From Cyanophora paradoxa CCMP329 (Eukaryota > Plantae > Glaucophyta), in the NCBI GenBank assembly GCA_004431415.1, contig QPMI01000436.1, positions 558,001 through 622,000 on the forward strand: a stretch of DNA of 64,000 bases, written 5' to 3'. Each line of letters begins with the position of its first letter. Positions within the stretch are counted from its first letter, which is position 1. A model generated the notes under the pieces. That model had not been told where the DNA came from. It did not search any database and saw only the letters and a list, made by a program, of their open reading frames with translations. Shown here in pieces: positions 23,205 to 35,210 of the stretch. Position numbers and translations under genes: made by a program.

Positions 23205-25716
23205 ATGGGGCAGGGCGCGAGCGTCAGCTATGAGATCGAGCCGGCCCTCGCTGGGCTGGTGGAAGCGGCAGTCTCGGGAAAGCCGCTTTCAGATGTGATG
23301 ATGGAGATGCATCAGAAAGATGCCCTGGAGCGCCCGCTGGAGGCTGGCCCGCCCCGGCCAGAAACGCCCGAAGCGTCGATCAAGGAGCTCCAAATCGGTT
23401 CCAAGCCGCTGGCGGAGCGACAGGCGTCGCAGCCGAAGCTATACACATCCCTCTCCACGCGGCGGGCTCCCACGCGCTCCGCGAGCGCGCTGGCCGCTTC
23501 CGCAGTCCTTTCGGCGGCGGCGGCGGGCGGGCCTCCCGTCGCGTCCGACCCGCCGCTCCAGCGGCTGGGCACCTCGCACTCCCAGCGCGCCCTCACGTCG
23601 CACTCCCAGCGGGCCGCGCCGCAGCGGGCGGCCTCGCACCGGCAGTCGGCGCGCGGCCTCTCCTCGCCGCCCGCGGCCGGGTTCTTCCCCCTGCTGGCCG
23701 CCGACGCGCCCCACTCGGAGCGGACGGGCTCCCCGCCGCCCCGCACGGCCTCGCTCCCCACCCGCGACGAGGCCGCCTTCTTCGCCGTCGAGCGTCTCTT
23801 GAGGTCCGCCTTCGCCACCCCCACAGCCTCCGCTGCCCGGCCGACCGGACTTATTCGCAGCACGGACGAGGAGGAGGCTGAGGCGCGAGAGGTCGTGTCC
23901 GCGCGCCTCAAGACGCTCAGCACCGACGGTGCTCCCCGCGCCCCTCCGCCCCGCCGCCCCCCAGCTGATCATCCTCTGCAGAGCCGCCCGACACGCCCCG
24001 ATCGTGCGCCGCGGAGCCGCCCGCCGCGCCCTGCCGCCCGCCCCGCCGCCCGCCGCTGCGTCCTAACGCGGCGCAGGGACCCGCGGCCCGACTCGGCCAA
24101 GTCGCGCCCGCGCTCCGCCGACACCCGCCCGCGCTCCACGGAGAGTCGCCCCGTCTCGGCGGACGTGCGGACGCCGGCGCGGGGCGAGGCGGGGCCGGGC
24201 CCCGGCACGCCCCCCACGGGGAGCCGCTCCGAGAAAGGGGCCCGCGGGGCCTCGATCCTGGGCTTCGCCCACGCCGTGCCGGACCCGGCGCTGCTCGAGC
24301 GGCTGGCGCCGCCGGCCCCCGCGGCCGGCCTGCTCCAGCGCATGGACGCTGCTCTGGCGCGGGCCCACGAGGAGCTGGAGGAGGCGGGGGCCAGCCTCCG
24401 CCGGGAGCGGTCCCTCGCCCTGCTCGACCGCGAGCGGGCCCTGGGGCGCGCCCCGTCCTTCCCGGCGGAGGGGTACGAGCAGGTTGGAGGCGCGGACGCG
24501 GACGACGGGGGAGATCCCGTACCCCTCCTCGCGATCGCCCCCCGCCGGTCGGAAATCCTGGGGAGGCTGCAGACCGCCCGCGGGGCGCCCTCGGCCCGGG
24601 GGGCGGGCGACCCCGGGGCCGCCCCTCCCCGCGAGCTCGTACCCCGGCCGGGCCGGGGTACCCCGACAATCTCCCTGGACGCCCCCGCCGGCCCCGGGGC
24701 CGAGCTCTCCCCCCTCTCCCTCGGCCTTCAGGCCCTGGTGCGCGTACCCCCCTCCCCCCCTCCCGTCAAATCCTAACCCTGTACCCCCCCCGCAGCGCGC
24801 GCTGGAGGCGGCGGGGGGCGCCGGGGCGCTGCAGACGGGCCGGAGCCTGCGGCCCAAGACGCCCGGGTCGCCCGGGAGCGGAGCCTCGGCCTCCGCCCGC
24901 TCCGCCCTTCTGCTCCTCGCCAGCTTCTCGTCCCCGGCGCTGCCCCTGGGGCAGGCCGTATCCCCCGCCGCCCCTTCCCCCTGGGACGGCTCCTCGGAGC
25001 TCGAGGGTCCGGAGCCCGAATCCCCCGGTACCCCGGAGCCCGCGCCCGCCCTCCCCCCGCGCCCCGCCTCCCGCGCCGCAGCTCCGGCGAGCCCGAAGCG
25101 AAGCCCGCGGGGCAAGGCGCCGCCCCCGCCCCCGGCCCCGCCCCGCCCCGCCCCCGCCGGCCGGCGAGCGCCCGGCAACGGCCCCGAGCCTGCCGCTGGC
25201 GCCCGTGGCGGCCGGGCGGCCCTCGACGGCGCCCTTTGCGCCCGGGCCGGGGCCGGGGGCGCCTTTCTTGGACTTTCGACTCCACGAGCGCCCGCAGCCG
25301 CGCGAGGGCGGGCCCCCCGTCCGCCCTTCCTGCGCCCGCCCCGCGACCCAGCCACGCACGGGCCCCTCCCGCCCCGCCTCGTGGGCGGCCTGCGCCCCGG
25401 AGAGGCGGCGCCCCTGCCCCGCGCGGACGCCCCCGCCGCCCTAGGGATCGCCCCGGCTCACCCGCACCCTTTGCTCGGACGCCCCCGGGCGCTGCGGGGC
25501 AGCCTGCCTAGCCTTCCTTTCGCTGGGCCCGAGGCCCTGGACCTAGCGCTCGCGGTGGGGCGCCGGCGCCGGGCTCGCCCCCGCGGGCCCGCTCCGCCTC
25601 CGCCTCCGCCTCCCCGGGCCCCGGGTCCCCCGCGCGGCGCGCCCCGCCCCACGGGCACCCGCCTCGCTCGGGGCGGCCCCCCATCAAACTGTGAGCGAGC
25701 GATACGTATACTATGA
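23205..25716 (+). CDS. Low-complexity Pro/Ala/Ser-rich protein with putative N-myristoylation start (MGQGAS)
   Basis: Long ORFs at 23205-24776 and 24484-25716 can be linked by a short intron near 24743-24795. The start fits MGxxxS. No folded domain recognised. Confidence 0.5.
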
Positions 25717-25982
25717 TAATAGCAAGAGTGCAGCTGCATGCAGTCGCTGCATGCGACACGACAGAGTCTGACAAATCCAGCTAGCAGACACTAGAATTTT
25801 AATGCGGCAGACACTAGATATAGCTAGCATGCATATGAGCTGCAGCGACGAAAAATACTCGATCCTATGAGCGAAAAATACTCGATGCATATGCACTGCG
25901 GCAAAAGAGGCAGCTAGTCAAAGCTTAAGACAGGGGAAGGGAACGGCGCCGGCTCTGGGAACAAACAGCACTGGGCTCGACG

Positions 25983-27947
25983 CTAGTCGAAGATGGGGGA
26001 GGAGCCGGTGAGGGCGCAGCGGCAGGCCGGGCAGAGGCCGTGCCCCGCGAGGAGTGGCGGGGCGCAGGTGGCGCAGAAGACGTGGCCGCACGGCTGCAGC
26101 ACCCGCCGCGACTCGCGGGGCCGGCGCGCCAGGCAGATCCCGCACTCGAAGGTCGTCCGCGGGATCTCCAACTCCGCAAGCAGCAGCGCGGCCCGCAGGC
26201 GCCCCGCAAGCAGGCGCAACTCCTCGCCCGAGAGGGTCCGCAGGCGCCCCTCGTCCAGGCTGTGCTCCTCGAGCTGCCGCTGCGCGTCTGCGGCTCGCTG
26301 CTCGGAGGCGGCCAGCTGCGCCAACAGCTCCCCGTTCCGACGCCGCACGTCCGCCGCGCGCTGCTCCGAGGCAGCAAGTTCCGCTCGCAGTTGATCGATC
26401 TGCCGCTGAGAATCCTCCGCACGCGCCTCGGAGGAAGTCCACTGCAGCTGCGCCTGTAGTCTTTCAAGCTGCTCCTTCAGATCCGTTTCCCGGTGCTGAG
26501 ATCTCTCGAGCTGCTGCTGCAGATCCGCTGCACGCTTGTGCGACGTCTCTACCTGCCGCTGGGCATCTGCTGCGCGCTTTTGGGACTGCTGCTGTACGTC
26601 GGATGCACGCTTCCGCGACGCCTCAAGCTGGCGCTGCATATCCTCGAGTTGTAAGAATGAATCCGCCACTTGCTTCTGGGAAGCCTCGAGCTGCCGCTGC
26701 AAATTTGTTGCATCCGCCACTTGCTTCTGGGAAGCCTCGAGCTGCCGCTGCAAATTTGTTGCGCGTTTCTGCGCAACCTCGAGCTGCCGTTGCACATCAG
26801 CATTGAGCTCCTCAAGATGCCGCTGCAGCTCGTCAGCGCGATTCCGCGCGGATTCGCGCTGCCTCTGAGCGTCCACAGCGCGCTTCACAGCCGCCTGCAG
26901 GCTCTGCTTCAGCCGCACCACCTCCAGATTCGCCTCTGCTTGCAGCTGCAGCTGCTTCGTCACGATCGGACTCACGGACAGTTGCACGCCACTACGACAT
27001 GTACATGTACATGGGATGAAAGGATGACGTGCGTCAGCTGCAGCGGCGTACATATAGCAAATAACAACAGTACCCTAGTATGGAAGAGGGTCCGGTGACG
27101 TCAGCAGAATTCGAAACTGAAGGTCCCTGTATCACGATATATATATCAGTTTCGCAATAAATGAAACCTTAAGCTTAGGGGGCAGGACATGTGCATCATT
27201 ATCACGCACTGCGACGTTAACGTTGCCCAAGACATGGGAGAGATGGGAAACGTATAAGTACGCCCTGCGCTGTGCTTCGCCTTTACGTTTCCATTCTTGC
27301 TTGTTATCTGATCTGGATATTTTGTTGTCGTAGACGACGCGGCGAGCAGGCTGGGGCCATGCGTCTACCATAGGGTTGCCTTCAACAAGCATCGATCGCA
27401 AACTGAACATGTTGCACATCTTTGGCATCTCCATCAGCTGGTTATCACGGATGGAAAGCTCTCGCAAGTTGAAGAGCTGCCCGATCTCCGGCGGCAGAGC
27501 TGTCAGCCGGTTCGCATCCACATGCAGAGTTTCCAGGTTCTCCAGATGCCCAAGCTCGGGCGGCAGTGTCGTGAGCTCGTTTCTGTCCGCATTCAGCATC
27601 TCCAAGTTCGCAAGCTGCCCGATCTCTGGCGGAAGAGCTGTGAGCTCGTTGCAACTTATGTTCAGGTCCTTAAGGTTCTCCAGCTGCCCGATCTCCGGCG
27701 GCAGCGACGTCAGCCAGTTGCAGCTCAGATCCAGCACCGTCAGGTTCTTCAGCTTCCCGATCTCTGGCGGCAGAACCGACAACCTGTTCACGGCCAAATC
27801 GAGCACGCGGATGCAGATTTGCCCCTCGGACGCGATCTCCGCCGCTGGCCACTCCGTCAGACAGCAGCTCTTCATGTCCATCTTGCCCTCGCGATCGCTC
27901 GAAATCCACGTGCCGCGGCCGCAGCGCCGCTCACGGCTCCGAGTCAT
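25983..27947 (-). CDS. LRR - coiled-coil - RING (C3HC4) protein, LRSAM1-like architecture
   Basis: About six 23-aa repeats of the form LxxLPPEIGxLxNLxxLxLxxN (27400-27800). The Q/E/A heptad region includes an exact 51-bp duplication. It ends in CGIC...PCGHVFCATC...CPACR. The two ORFs can be joined through introns at about 27167-26992 (inferred). Confidence 0.8.
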
Positions 27948-29060
27948 CGCTTTAGGATCGGAGCTGGATCGGAAGGAAGCCTATGATTATGATGTGATGA
28001 TCAGAATTCGAAGCAACGCGACACGTACTTTCAGCTATATACGTTGAATGATGCTTGCAAGCCGCCGATCGACGGCTATGCGGGAACGCGCATCATGATC
28101 ATGAGATTTACGGCTATAGCTAGATCTAGATCTAGATCTAGAGCGCCCTAGCCTGCGGCGCCCCGGCTGCGGGTCGGGCCGGGGCGCCGGCCGCGGCCCC
28201 GCGCGGCCGCGTGCGCGCACACACGCCATATGCATGGCCAGCCCCGCCGCACCCGTACGCGTGTTGAACGCCGAATGCTAGCGCTGGTTGAAGCCGCTAT
28301 GTGGAAAGCCCCGCGCGCGCGGCGCCCCGGCTCTACATGCGGCCGCGGGCACTCGGACCATGAGCCTGCAGCTGCGACACCTGCAGATCGGGGATATGAA
28401 GCACCCGCACCCGCGAATTCGAATGCAGGAGTAGGCCGGTTGCAATTGCATGCTGCAGTTGGTTTGCAGGAGGCCTAGGGTGAGACCCGGCCCCTAGGCC
28501 TGGGCTCTAGATCTGCGGGGGCGCGAAGCATGAGAGCAATTGCATGCGCTCTCCGGGAAGCGCCGCACCCACAAATACTGGCCGCCGGCCGCGATGCAGC
28601 CCGCGATGGTTTAGGAGCCAGGCGAGCTCGGCTCAGTAGGCACGCGTGTCAAGAAAGCTTCTAGCTGCTGGCGCCGAGCTGTCTGGTGGACGCGAGGGGC
28701 CGCTCAGTGGCCGCTGAGTGGCCTCAGTGGCCGCTGAGTGGCGCGAGCTGGGGGTACCGCGATTAAAGCCGGCAGCTCTTGGCAGTGCTTTTCGCCGTAT
28801 ATACGTATACGAGTACTGCAGCGGCTCACACGTGCAAGCGAGCTCACACGTGCTCACACGGCAGTTCAAGCGAGACCGCTGCCGGCAATTGCAACACTGC
28901 TCGCTCCGATCCGTGCGTTCGATCCGTGCAGGTCGAGCCGTGCGAGGAGCTCGAGGAGCTCGAGGGGCGCGACTGCTCCGAGCGGCGCGGCCGCGGCTCA
29001 TGCATATGTCTCGCTCGCGGCGCGCTCGCGGGCTGCTGGCGCCTAGTCGTCGGCTTGGAT

Positions 29061-29157
29061 CGAACGACCGCGCGCAGGTACGATGCCGCCGCCCCTACGG
29101 TGCTGCCGACCGCAGGACCGTAGGGGCGGCGGCATCGTACCTGCGCGCGGTCGTTCG
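29061..29157. repeat. Perfect 41-bp inverted repeat (pre-miRNA/MITE-like hairpin)
   Basis: 29061-29101 is the exact reverse complement of 29117-29157. The 15-nt spacer can pair further (ctgc/gcag) around a 5-nt loop. Confidence 0.95.
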
Positions 29158-29299
29158 GACCGCCCTTAAGAAGTTGCGACCGGCGTGCCCGGCCCGCGGA
29201 GGCGGGCGGTGTTCCATCGAGGGCGCGGCGCGTGCGCTGACACGGACCGTGGCCTGGTCGGTCCGCGGTCGCTTGTCGCCTGTATTTATCAGTGCTCAC

Positions 29300-31200
29300 G
29301 CTCTGCGCCCAGGTGAGGTCGGGGCGGTCCTGGAGCTGTACCCCCCGGGGCCCCCTAGCCCTTTGCGATCGGGCCCCGCGCCGCGGCCTCGCCGCCCCTC
29401 CGTCCGCCTCCAGGAGCTCTCAATGAAGGTCCGCCCAGCCGCCCTCGCCCCCGCCCCGAAGCCTACTCACGCCGGCAGGCCGGCCTTAGCGGCGGCTCCG
29501 TCGCGGGCCTCTTACGGGCCGGCGCGCCCTGGGACGAAAGGCAGCTGTACCTCTTACGGGCGGGCGCGCCCCCGGCCCCGCATCCACGGGCGCTCCCGTT
29601 GGCGTGCCGCGCGGGGCTCCCGCCGCCCGCGGCGACGGCGACGGCGACGGCGGCTCCGCCGCGGCTCCGGCAGCGCTCGCCACAAATCCACGGCGCGGAG
29701 GGCTCCGTAGCCGCCCCGCCCTGCAGCTTGGGACCGGCTCTGGGTCGACGGGGCGCCCCCCGCGCCGGCATTTCTCTGGGCGGGGGCGGCTGAGCGGCGC
29801 GGAACTGAGCCCGCAGCTCAGATCCCCTCCGCGGGCTCGGCGCAAGGCCTTCGCCGCTCAGATCAGATCTGAGCTGGAGCCCTCGCGTGGCGGCGCCGGC
29901 CGGGTGGGGCGCCCCGCCCGCTCGCCGGCCGGCTCGACGCGTGGGCGGCGCCGGGCCTCCTTCCGGATCCCGTCCAAGGGAGCCGCACCGGCGCCGCGCC
30001 CCGAGGGGCGCGGCGCCCCGCGCTTTGCTGCCTTCAGCGCCACCGCCTCCGCCCGTCCGCCCGACCGCCGCCCTGGGCGCCGGGGAGACGGTCCGCGGTC
30101 GCCCCCTGCGCTCATCCTTCTCGCGTTGAAGCTCACTCTTCGCGCGCAGGCGGGGCTGGGGCGCGCCCGGCTGGGGCTTGGGAGGCTCTCGGCTTTCGCG
30201 CGCCGGGGGGATGGAGCCTCGGCCCCGCGGCGGACCCGCCCCCGCCCCCGGCCCCTGCCGCCGCAGCCCCTTTCTCTCCCTCGCCCCTTCCGCCGTCCCT
30301 CCCCGCCGCCGCGCGCGCCCCGCACGGCTCTGCACTTACGGTCCCCCGACCGCCGCCGCGGACACTGCCGCTCCCCTGCGGGCCGCCACCGCGGGCCGGG
30401 CGGCAGCGCCGCGGCTGCGGAGGCCCTCGCTGCAGGCTCCGAGTCGGCGGGGCCCCCCCGAGGTCGCCTCGGCCCTGGGACCAACGACGTCTCGCCTCAG
30501 GCCGGTCCTCTCTCCTGCCCGTCTCCCCGCTCGCTCGCCCTGACCGCATACCCCCAGGGCCTCGCGAAGCTGGCGAAGCTGGGGTGGGGACCCCGCGCCC
30601 CACGCGCGGCGGGCCCGAGGGAGGGGGGGCGCCCCGGGGCTCGAGCTCGAGCTACGCCGGGGCGCCCCGGGGCCGCCGGGCCGCTCCGGCCACGCTGGAA
30701 GGCGGCGACGGCGCGCTCCGAAGGCGCCGGCGGACAGCGCTCTGGAGGCGCTCCGGTCCAGATCTAGAGGCGAGGGCGGGCGGCGGCGGCGGCGGCGGCG
30801 GCTCCCAGCGGGCGGGGCCCCGCGTGGGGCGTGAGGGCGTGACGGAGGCCCTCGAGCCACGCGCGCGCATCGCCGCCTCCGGCGCTTCCAAGACGCTCGA
30901 TGGCGGCCCGCCGCCCTCTCCGCCCCCCCCCCCCCCCCCCCCCCCCCTTGGCTCGCTCCAGCCGCCCCCGCCCCACAGGCCGGCGCCGCCCCCGCAGGCC
31001 TCGGGGCTCTTTGAGGGGCCGCCGCGCCTCCGGCCCCTGCCCGCCGCCGCCGCGCTCTCGCCCCGCGCGGCCCGCGCGGCTCCGGTGCTCTCCGGCGGGC
31101 ACCAGCGGCGCCTTCAGCTCGAGCGCCCCGACGCCCTGGTCCGGAGCATTAATACTACTGGGAAGCTAGAAAAGGTTTTTGCGTCTACTGGGGATTAATA
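29300..31200 (+). CDS. Possible multi-exon low-complexity (P/A/G/R-rich) hypothetical protein
   Basis: Intron-like segments with genome-typical donor, branch and acceptor sequences (e.g. ctgac...cag near 30540-30557) separate open GC-rich stretches. No domain recognised, and the bounds are rough. Confidence 0.3.
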
Positions 31201-31831
31201 CTACTAAGCATCTATATATAAGTACTAAAAGTTTTTGCCTCGGGCTCGGGCGCCCCGACGCATGCCCCTTCTGCTCGTCTCCCCCCAGGCCTTCCGACCT
31301 CGTAGCGCTAACTAGCCCCAGGGCCCCGGCCCGCCGGCGCCGCGACACACGTACACCAGCTCCTCGCCGGCCGCGCGACTGGGCGCATCCGCTCGTCCAC
31401 CGCCGCCACCGCCACCGCGCCCGGTACCGTCACCGCCTCTCAGAGTTTCCGCCCGCCGCCCGCACCAGAGGGCCCGCGAGCCTTCGCCTTCGAATTCGCC
31501 GGCTTCGGGCCCCGCCCCACTCCGGTCGGCCCGACCCGCCTCCCCCGGCCCCTCCCCTCCCTTCCCTCCACCCTCCCCCCCCCCCCCCCCTCCGCCCCCC
31601 CAACCCATCCCCTCCTCCGGTCCCTTGCGCGCGTACCCCTTCTGCCGGCGCCCGTCCTCCCACTCGGCTGGGCGTGCGCGTGCCCTGACCGCGTGAACGT
31701 TCCCTCGTGCACGGGGCCGCCGCCGGTCTCAGGCCTCTAGAAATTCACCAGCTGCTTAAGTCTCATTTTTGGCGAAGTACCAATTATTTTCGCCCCAACG
31801 TACGTAGACTTCGTATACCGAAGTACCCGAA

Positions 31832-31985
31832 GGCCCGCGGGCGGCCGGGCCCCGCGGCCGGCCCCGGGTCCTGGCCCCCGGGCCGGCCCCGCGGCCGGCC
31901 CCCGGGCCGGGCGGCCCGGCCGCGCGCGGGCCGGGCGGGCCGGCGCGGCCCGGCGGGCGGCCTGGGCGGCGGGCCGCGGGCCCCG
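31832..31985. repeat. Almost pure G/C low-complexity block (ggccc/ccggg units)
   Basis: About 150 nt with only a few A/T bases, at the border of the AT-rich transposon island. Confidence 0.8.
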
Positions 31986-32180
31986 TAGCCTGGGGCCGTA
32001 GGCCAGACTTCCCACAAGTTTGAATCGATATCCCAGTGAGATACCCAGTAGTGAGCTACTACTAGGCTAGTACTGCCACTGTACTACGGTACTGGCCCTA
32101 CCGTACTACCGTAGTACTGGGGTCACCGTGGCACACTGGCACAGTCTCACAGCCTGGCAGACTCACAGTGGGGTGTAGAC

Positions 32181-32686
32181 CAGTGATGCTAAACTTTCAC
32201 TTTCCAAACTTTCAACTTGAAAATTTTCATGTAAATTTTCAGTAAATTTTCACCTCCAAAATGAGCAATGAAAACTTTCAATAAATTTGCAAGGGGGGTA
32301 CCCTTGAAGAGGCCATTCTGGGGGCGTTTCACGCCATAAACGAGGGTCAAATCCGTCGAAATACGAGACTATGGAGGCCTGGACACATTCTGGCGGTCTC
32401 TGCTGGTGTCAAGAGACCAGAGTATGCATTTCTCAGGAACCGTACCCCCCTCCTCAACGTGAAAAGAACGGCAAAGATACATCTGCACCTCGTGCACTTG
32501 TAATACAAAGGTCGTCAATGACATCCTAACGCATATCGCTCGTGTCTGGAGGCTTCTCTGCAGAGAAACGTGTCACTTTCGCTGTGCAAGTAAACTTTGT
32601 ATGGGTGAAAATATTTGCTGAAAGTTTTCGAAAGTTTACTGAAAATTTACAGGGCATTTTGGGATAATAAAATTTCAGCAACACTG
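32181..32686. mobile_element. Non-autonomous hAT element (MITE) 1, 506 bp
   Basis: TIRs cagtgatgctaaa ... ttcagcaacactg. Perfect 8-bp TSD gtgtagac at 32173-32180 and 32687-32694. Inverted subterminal motifs taaattttcagtaaa. Confidence 0.9.
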
Positions 32687-33174
32687 GTGTAGACTCTCAC
32701 TGTAGACTCAGTGTAGAGTCACTGTAGACCATATATAGCCTATCATAGTATAGGGTTGCGCTTTTTTTGTCACAGTGTCTAGAGATTGTGGCCGGTAAAT
32801 TCGGCGGTAATTCACAAAACAAATGCATGCGCTTTATAATTACTTTTGCCGGTAATTTGTTTTTGGAAATTAGTTTTACTGGTAAACCTTTGGTAAACAG
32901 CCGTATTAGTACCGTATTACCTATAAGTTTACCTTTACAGAAAATACAGTGCTTCACTCGGTAATCCCGAAATTCGAATGAGAACTCGCGATCAAATTCT
33001 AAGGGCTAAGTTCCGAAAAGTTCGCAAAGGGCCAATTTCCGTGTAAAGTTGCAAGGAGTCTTGTGCAAAAAAAGACAAAGAGCCTGCAGCGGTTATTTTT
33101 TTGGCCATTTCCAAGGTCCAACTTCCAAGCCTGACTCAGTGAAGTTCCAAGTGCGCATGCCGCCGGCCCGCCGC

Positions 33175-33693
33175 CAGTGATGGTATTATTAATTCTTGGC
33201 AAATCGAGACTGCTATTGATAATCTTTAGCACCATTATTTTATATTATAATTATGGCACCGTATGTTATCGATAACCATCCCCACACGCGCCATAGAAAC
33301 CCCGCTCGGACAGAGCAGAAACGTCGCCAAACTGTTCAGAACGCTCTCTTACTAAGTTATCCACTATCCAAAGCAATTAAACACTGCTGACCACCTCATA
33401 GAAGTCTACATGGGCACTGCGGCAGAAAGACGAGGGGTTGTCATCCGGCATCCGTCGCATCAGAGCCTGCTGGCTGTTTCCTGGTGTCTGACAGCATTTT
33501 TAAACGTTCTGCTGTCATTCTTAATCGTTTCTGCGCGTTGTTGCGCGAGGAAAACGGGAGCTTTGCACCGTACCCCAATTTATTAGCGGTGCTATCGATA
33601 ACCCCTGGAATTCGGCACCACTATCAATAATCAAAATACCTGGGTTAAAATAATGGTTGCTAAAATATGTTATCAATAACCCAGCCATCACTG
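33175..33693. mobile_element. Non-autonomous hAT element (MITE) 2, 519 bp
   Basis: TIRs cagtgatgg ... ccatcactg. Perfect 8-bp TSD cccgccgc at 33167-33174 and 33694-33701. Confidence 0.88.
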
Positions 33694-33752
33694 CCCGCCG
33701 CTGCCGCAGTGCCGGCACAACGGCGGCACTGTGCCGCGCGCGCAGCCGCGGC

Positions 33753-34260
33753 CAGTGTTCGGTAAAGTTTACTCCCCCAAAATTGCCCTGAAAACTTTCT
33801 GCAAGCTTTGGAAAAGATTGTGCAAATATTTGCACCATAGAAAACATTCCAAGCACCGCAAAAGCACTGTATTCCTTGGCAAATAAGCGTCTAAACGAGA
33901 GATATAAGCTTTATAATGATATCTGTGAGTTTAGATTCAAAGTTTGCACGCGTTTAGTCTTGTTTTGGCCTTCTTTTCAGGGTCGCCGAGAGGGGGGTAC
34001 CCATCTGAAGGAGGCGACCTTCGCCCTCCTGACACCCTTGTAACTCTATCAACTCTAGAATTATGTCAGAACCGAAGGAAATGCCGCAAGCAGCCGGTAA
34101 ATCTTGCTCGTAACAGGCGGTAGGGTGGGGTGGGGAGGGGGGGTCAAGTGCAAATTAACTGAAAGTTTTCTAGGGTTGTAGGAGGGGGTGAAAATTAACT
34201 GAAAGTTTTCAAGTAAACTTTCAAGAGAAAGTTTACCCAGCGCAAACTTTCCGAACACTG
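33753..34260. mobile_element. Non-autonomous hAT element (MITE) 3, 508 bp
   Basis: TIRs cagtgttcggtaaagttt ... aaactttccgaacactg. Perfect 8-bp TSD gccgcggc at 33745-33752 and 34261-34268. Confidence 0.92.
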
Positions 34261-34408
34261 GCCGCGGCACTGTGCCAGTCTGTGCGGCCTGCCAGGCTGT
34301 CACAGTGTGCCGCGCCGGCGCCGTGCATTGCACACTGCAGACTGCAGTACTAGAAACGTCTGCAGTGACTCTGCACTGACTCTGCAGTGTGTGTGACAGG
34401 CTGACAGC

Positions 34409-34787
34409 TAGTGCTGGGTTCAGTCAGGCTCCACCCCTGACCCAGTCGCTCAGCCCCCCTGACTGTGACTGAATCAGTCAAACTGAGGTTCAGTCAGGCT
34501 ACCGTGCAAAAACTGAGGAAAATGACCCGGAAATGACCCAGATGCGATCCATCTAAGCTGCCAAGCACAGTGCGCGGGCAGTAGGGAGTGATTAGGCGAG
34601 CAAAGCTTATAAGAACACTGGTGAAAGGAATTCGGCCCCCGTTAGCCTCGTTAGCGCCGCGGCGCGGGCGGTTTCGTTCAGATTTCGTTGTTTTTCTGGA
34701 GGTAAGACGACAGAAGATCCTTTTTAGGTCGATCCACGTCGAGCTTCAGATCGAAAAAGCCCACAGGGGGGCACGCTCCCAGCCCTA
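34409..34787. mobile_element. Non-autonomous hAT element 4, 379 bp (older)
   Basis: TIRs tagtgctggg ... cccagcccta (9/10 match). TSD ctgacagc / gtgacagc (7/8 match). Confidence 0.7.
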
Positions 34788-35210
34788 GTGACAGCACAGT
34801 GAGTGGCACTGAGTGCACGTGCCGCAGTGCCGGCGCTTTAATTTACGGTAGGCCCGCAGGCTCCGCAGCACGCTAGGCCCTAGGCTAGTGAGATCCCGGA
34901 TCCATAGCCAGAAACGAAACCGCCGGCAGATCTAGAGCAAGTTCAGCGCTAGCTATAGGCTATAGCCGTACGCGTTGACTATCATAGTATAACCGTTGAA
35001 CGCGTATACGTACGTTCAACCGAAACGGGTGCGCGCGCGCCTTAAGCTTCATACGTATACGTCAACTTAGTAACCGCTTTGTGCGCGCGCATCATACATA
35101 TGCATATATATATGTGTGTATAAGTATGCATATGCATGGGTCGGGTGTTCCACGGTTAGAGTCTGTAATTACTGTGCATGCTCGCTGAGTATTTCTTTGC
35201 AGTAACTGCA

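Noticed and set aside
28718-29710. 330-aa ORF spanning the hairpin
   Set aside because: It has a GTG start, no domain and runs through the inverted repeat, so it is likely spurious.
32706-33141. A fifth hAT element between actcagtg direct repeats
   Set aside because: The ends (tagagtcac vs caggcttgg) do not form TIRs. It is probably TE debris with undefined limits.
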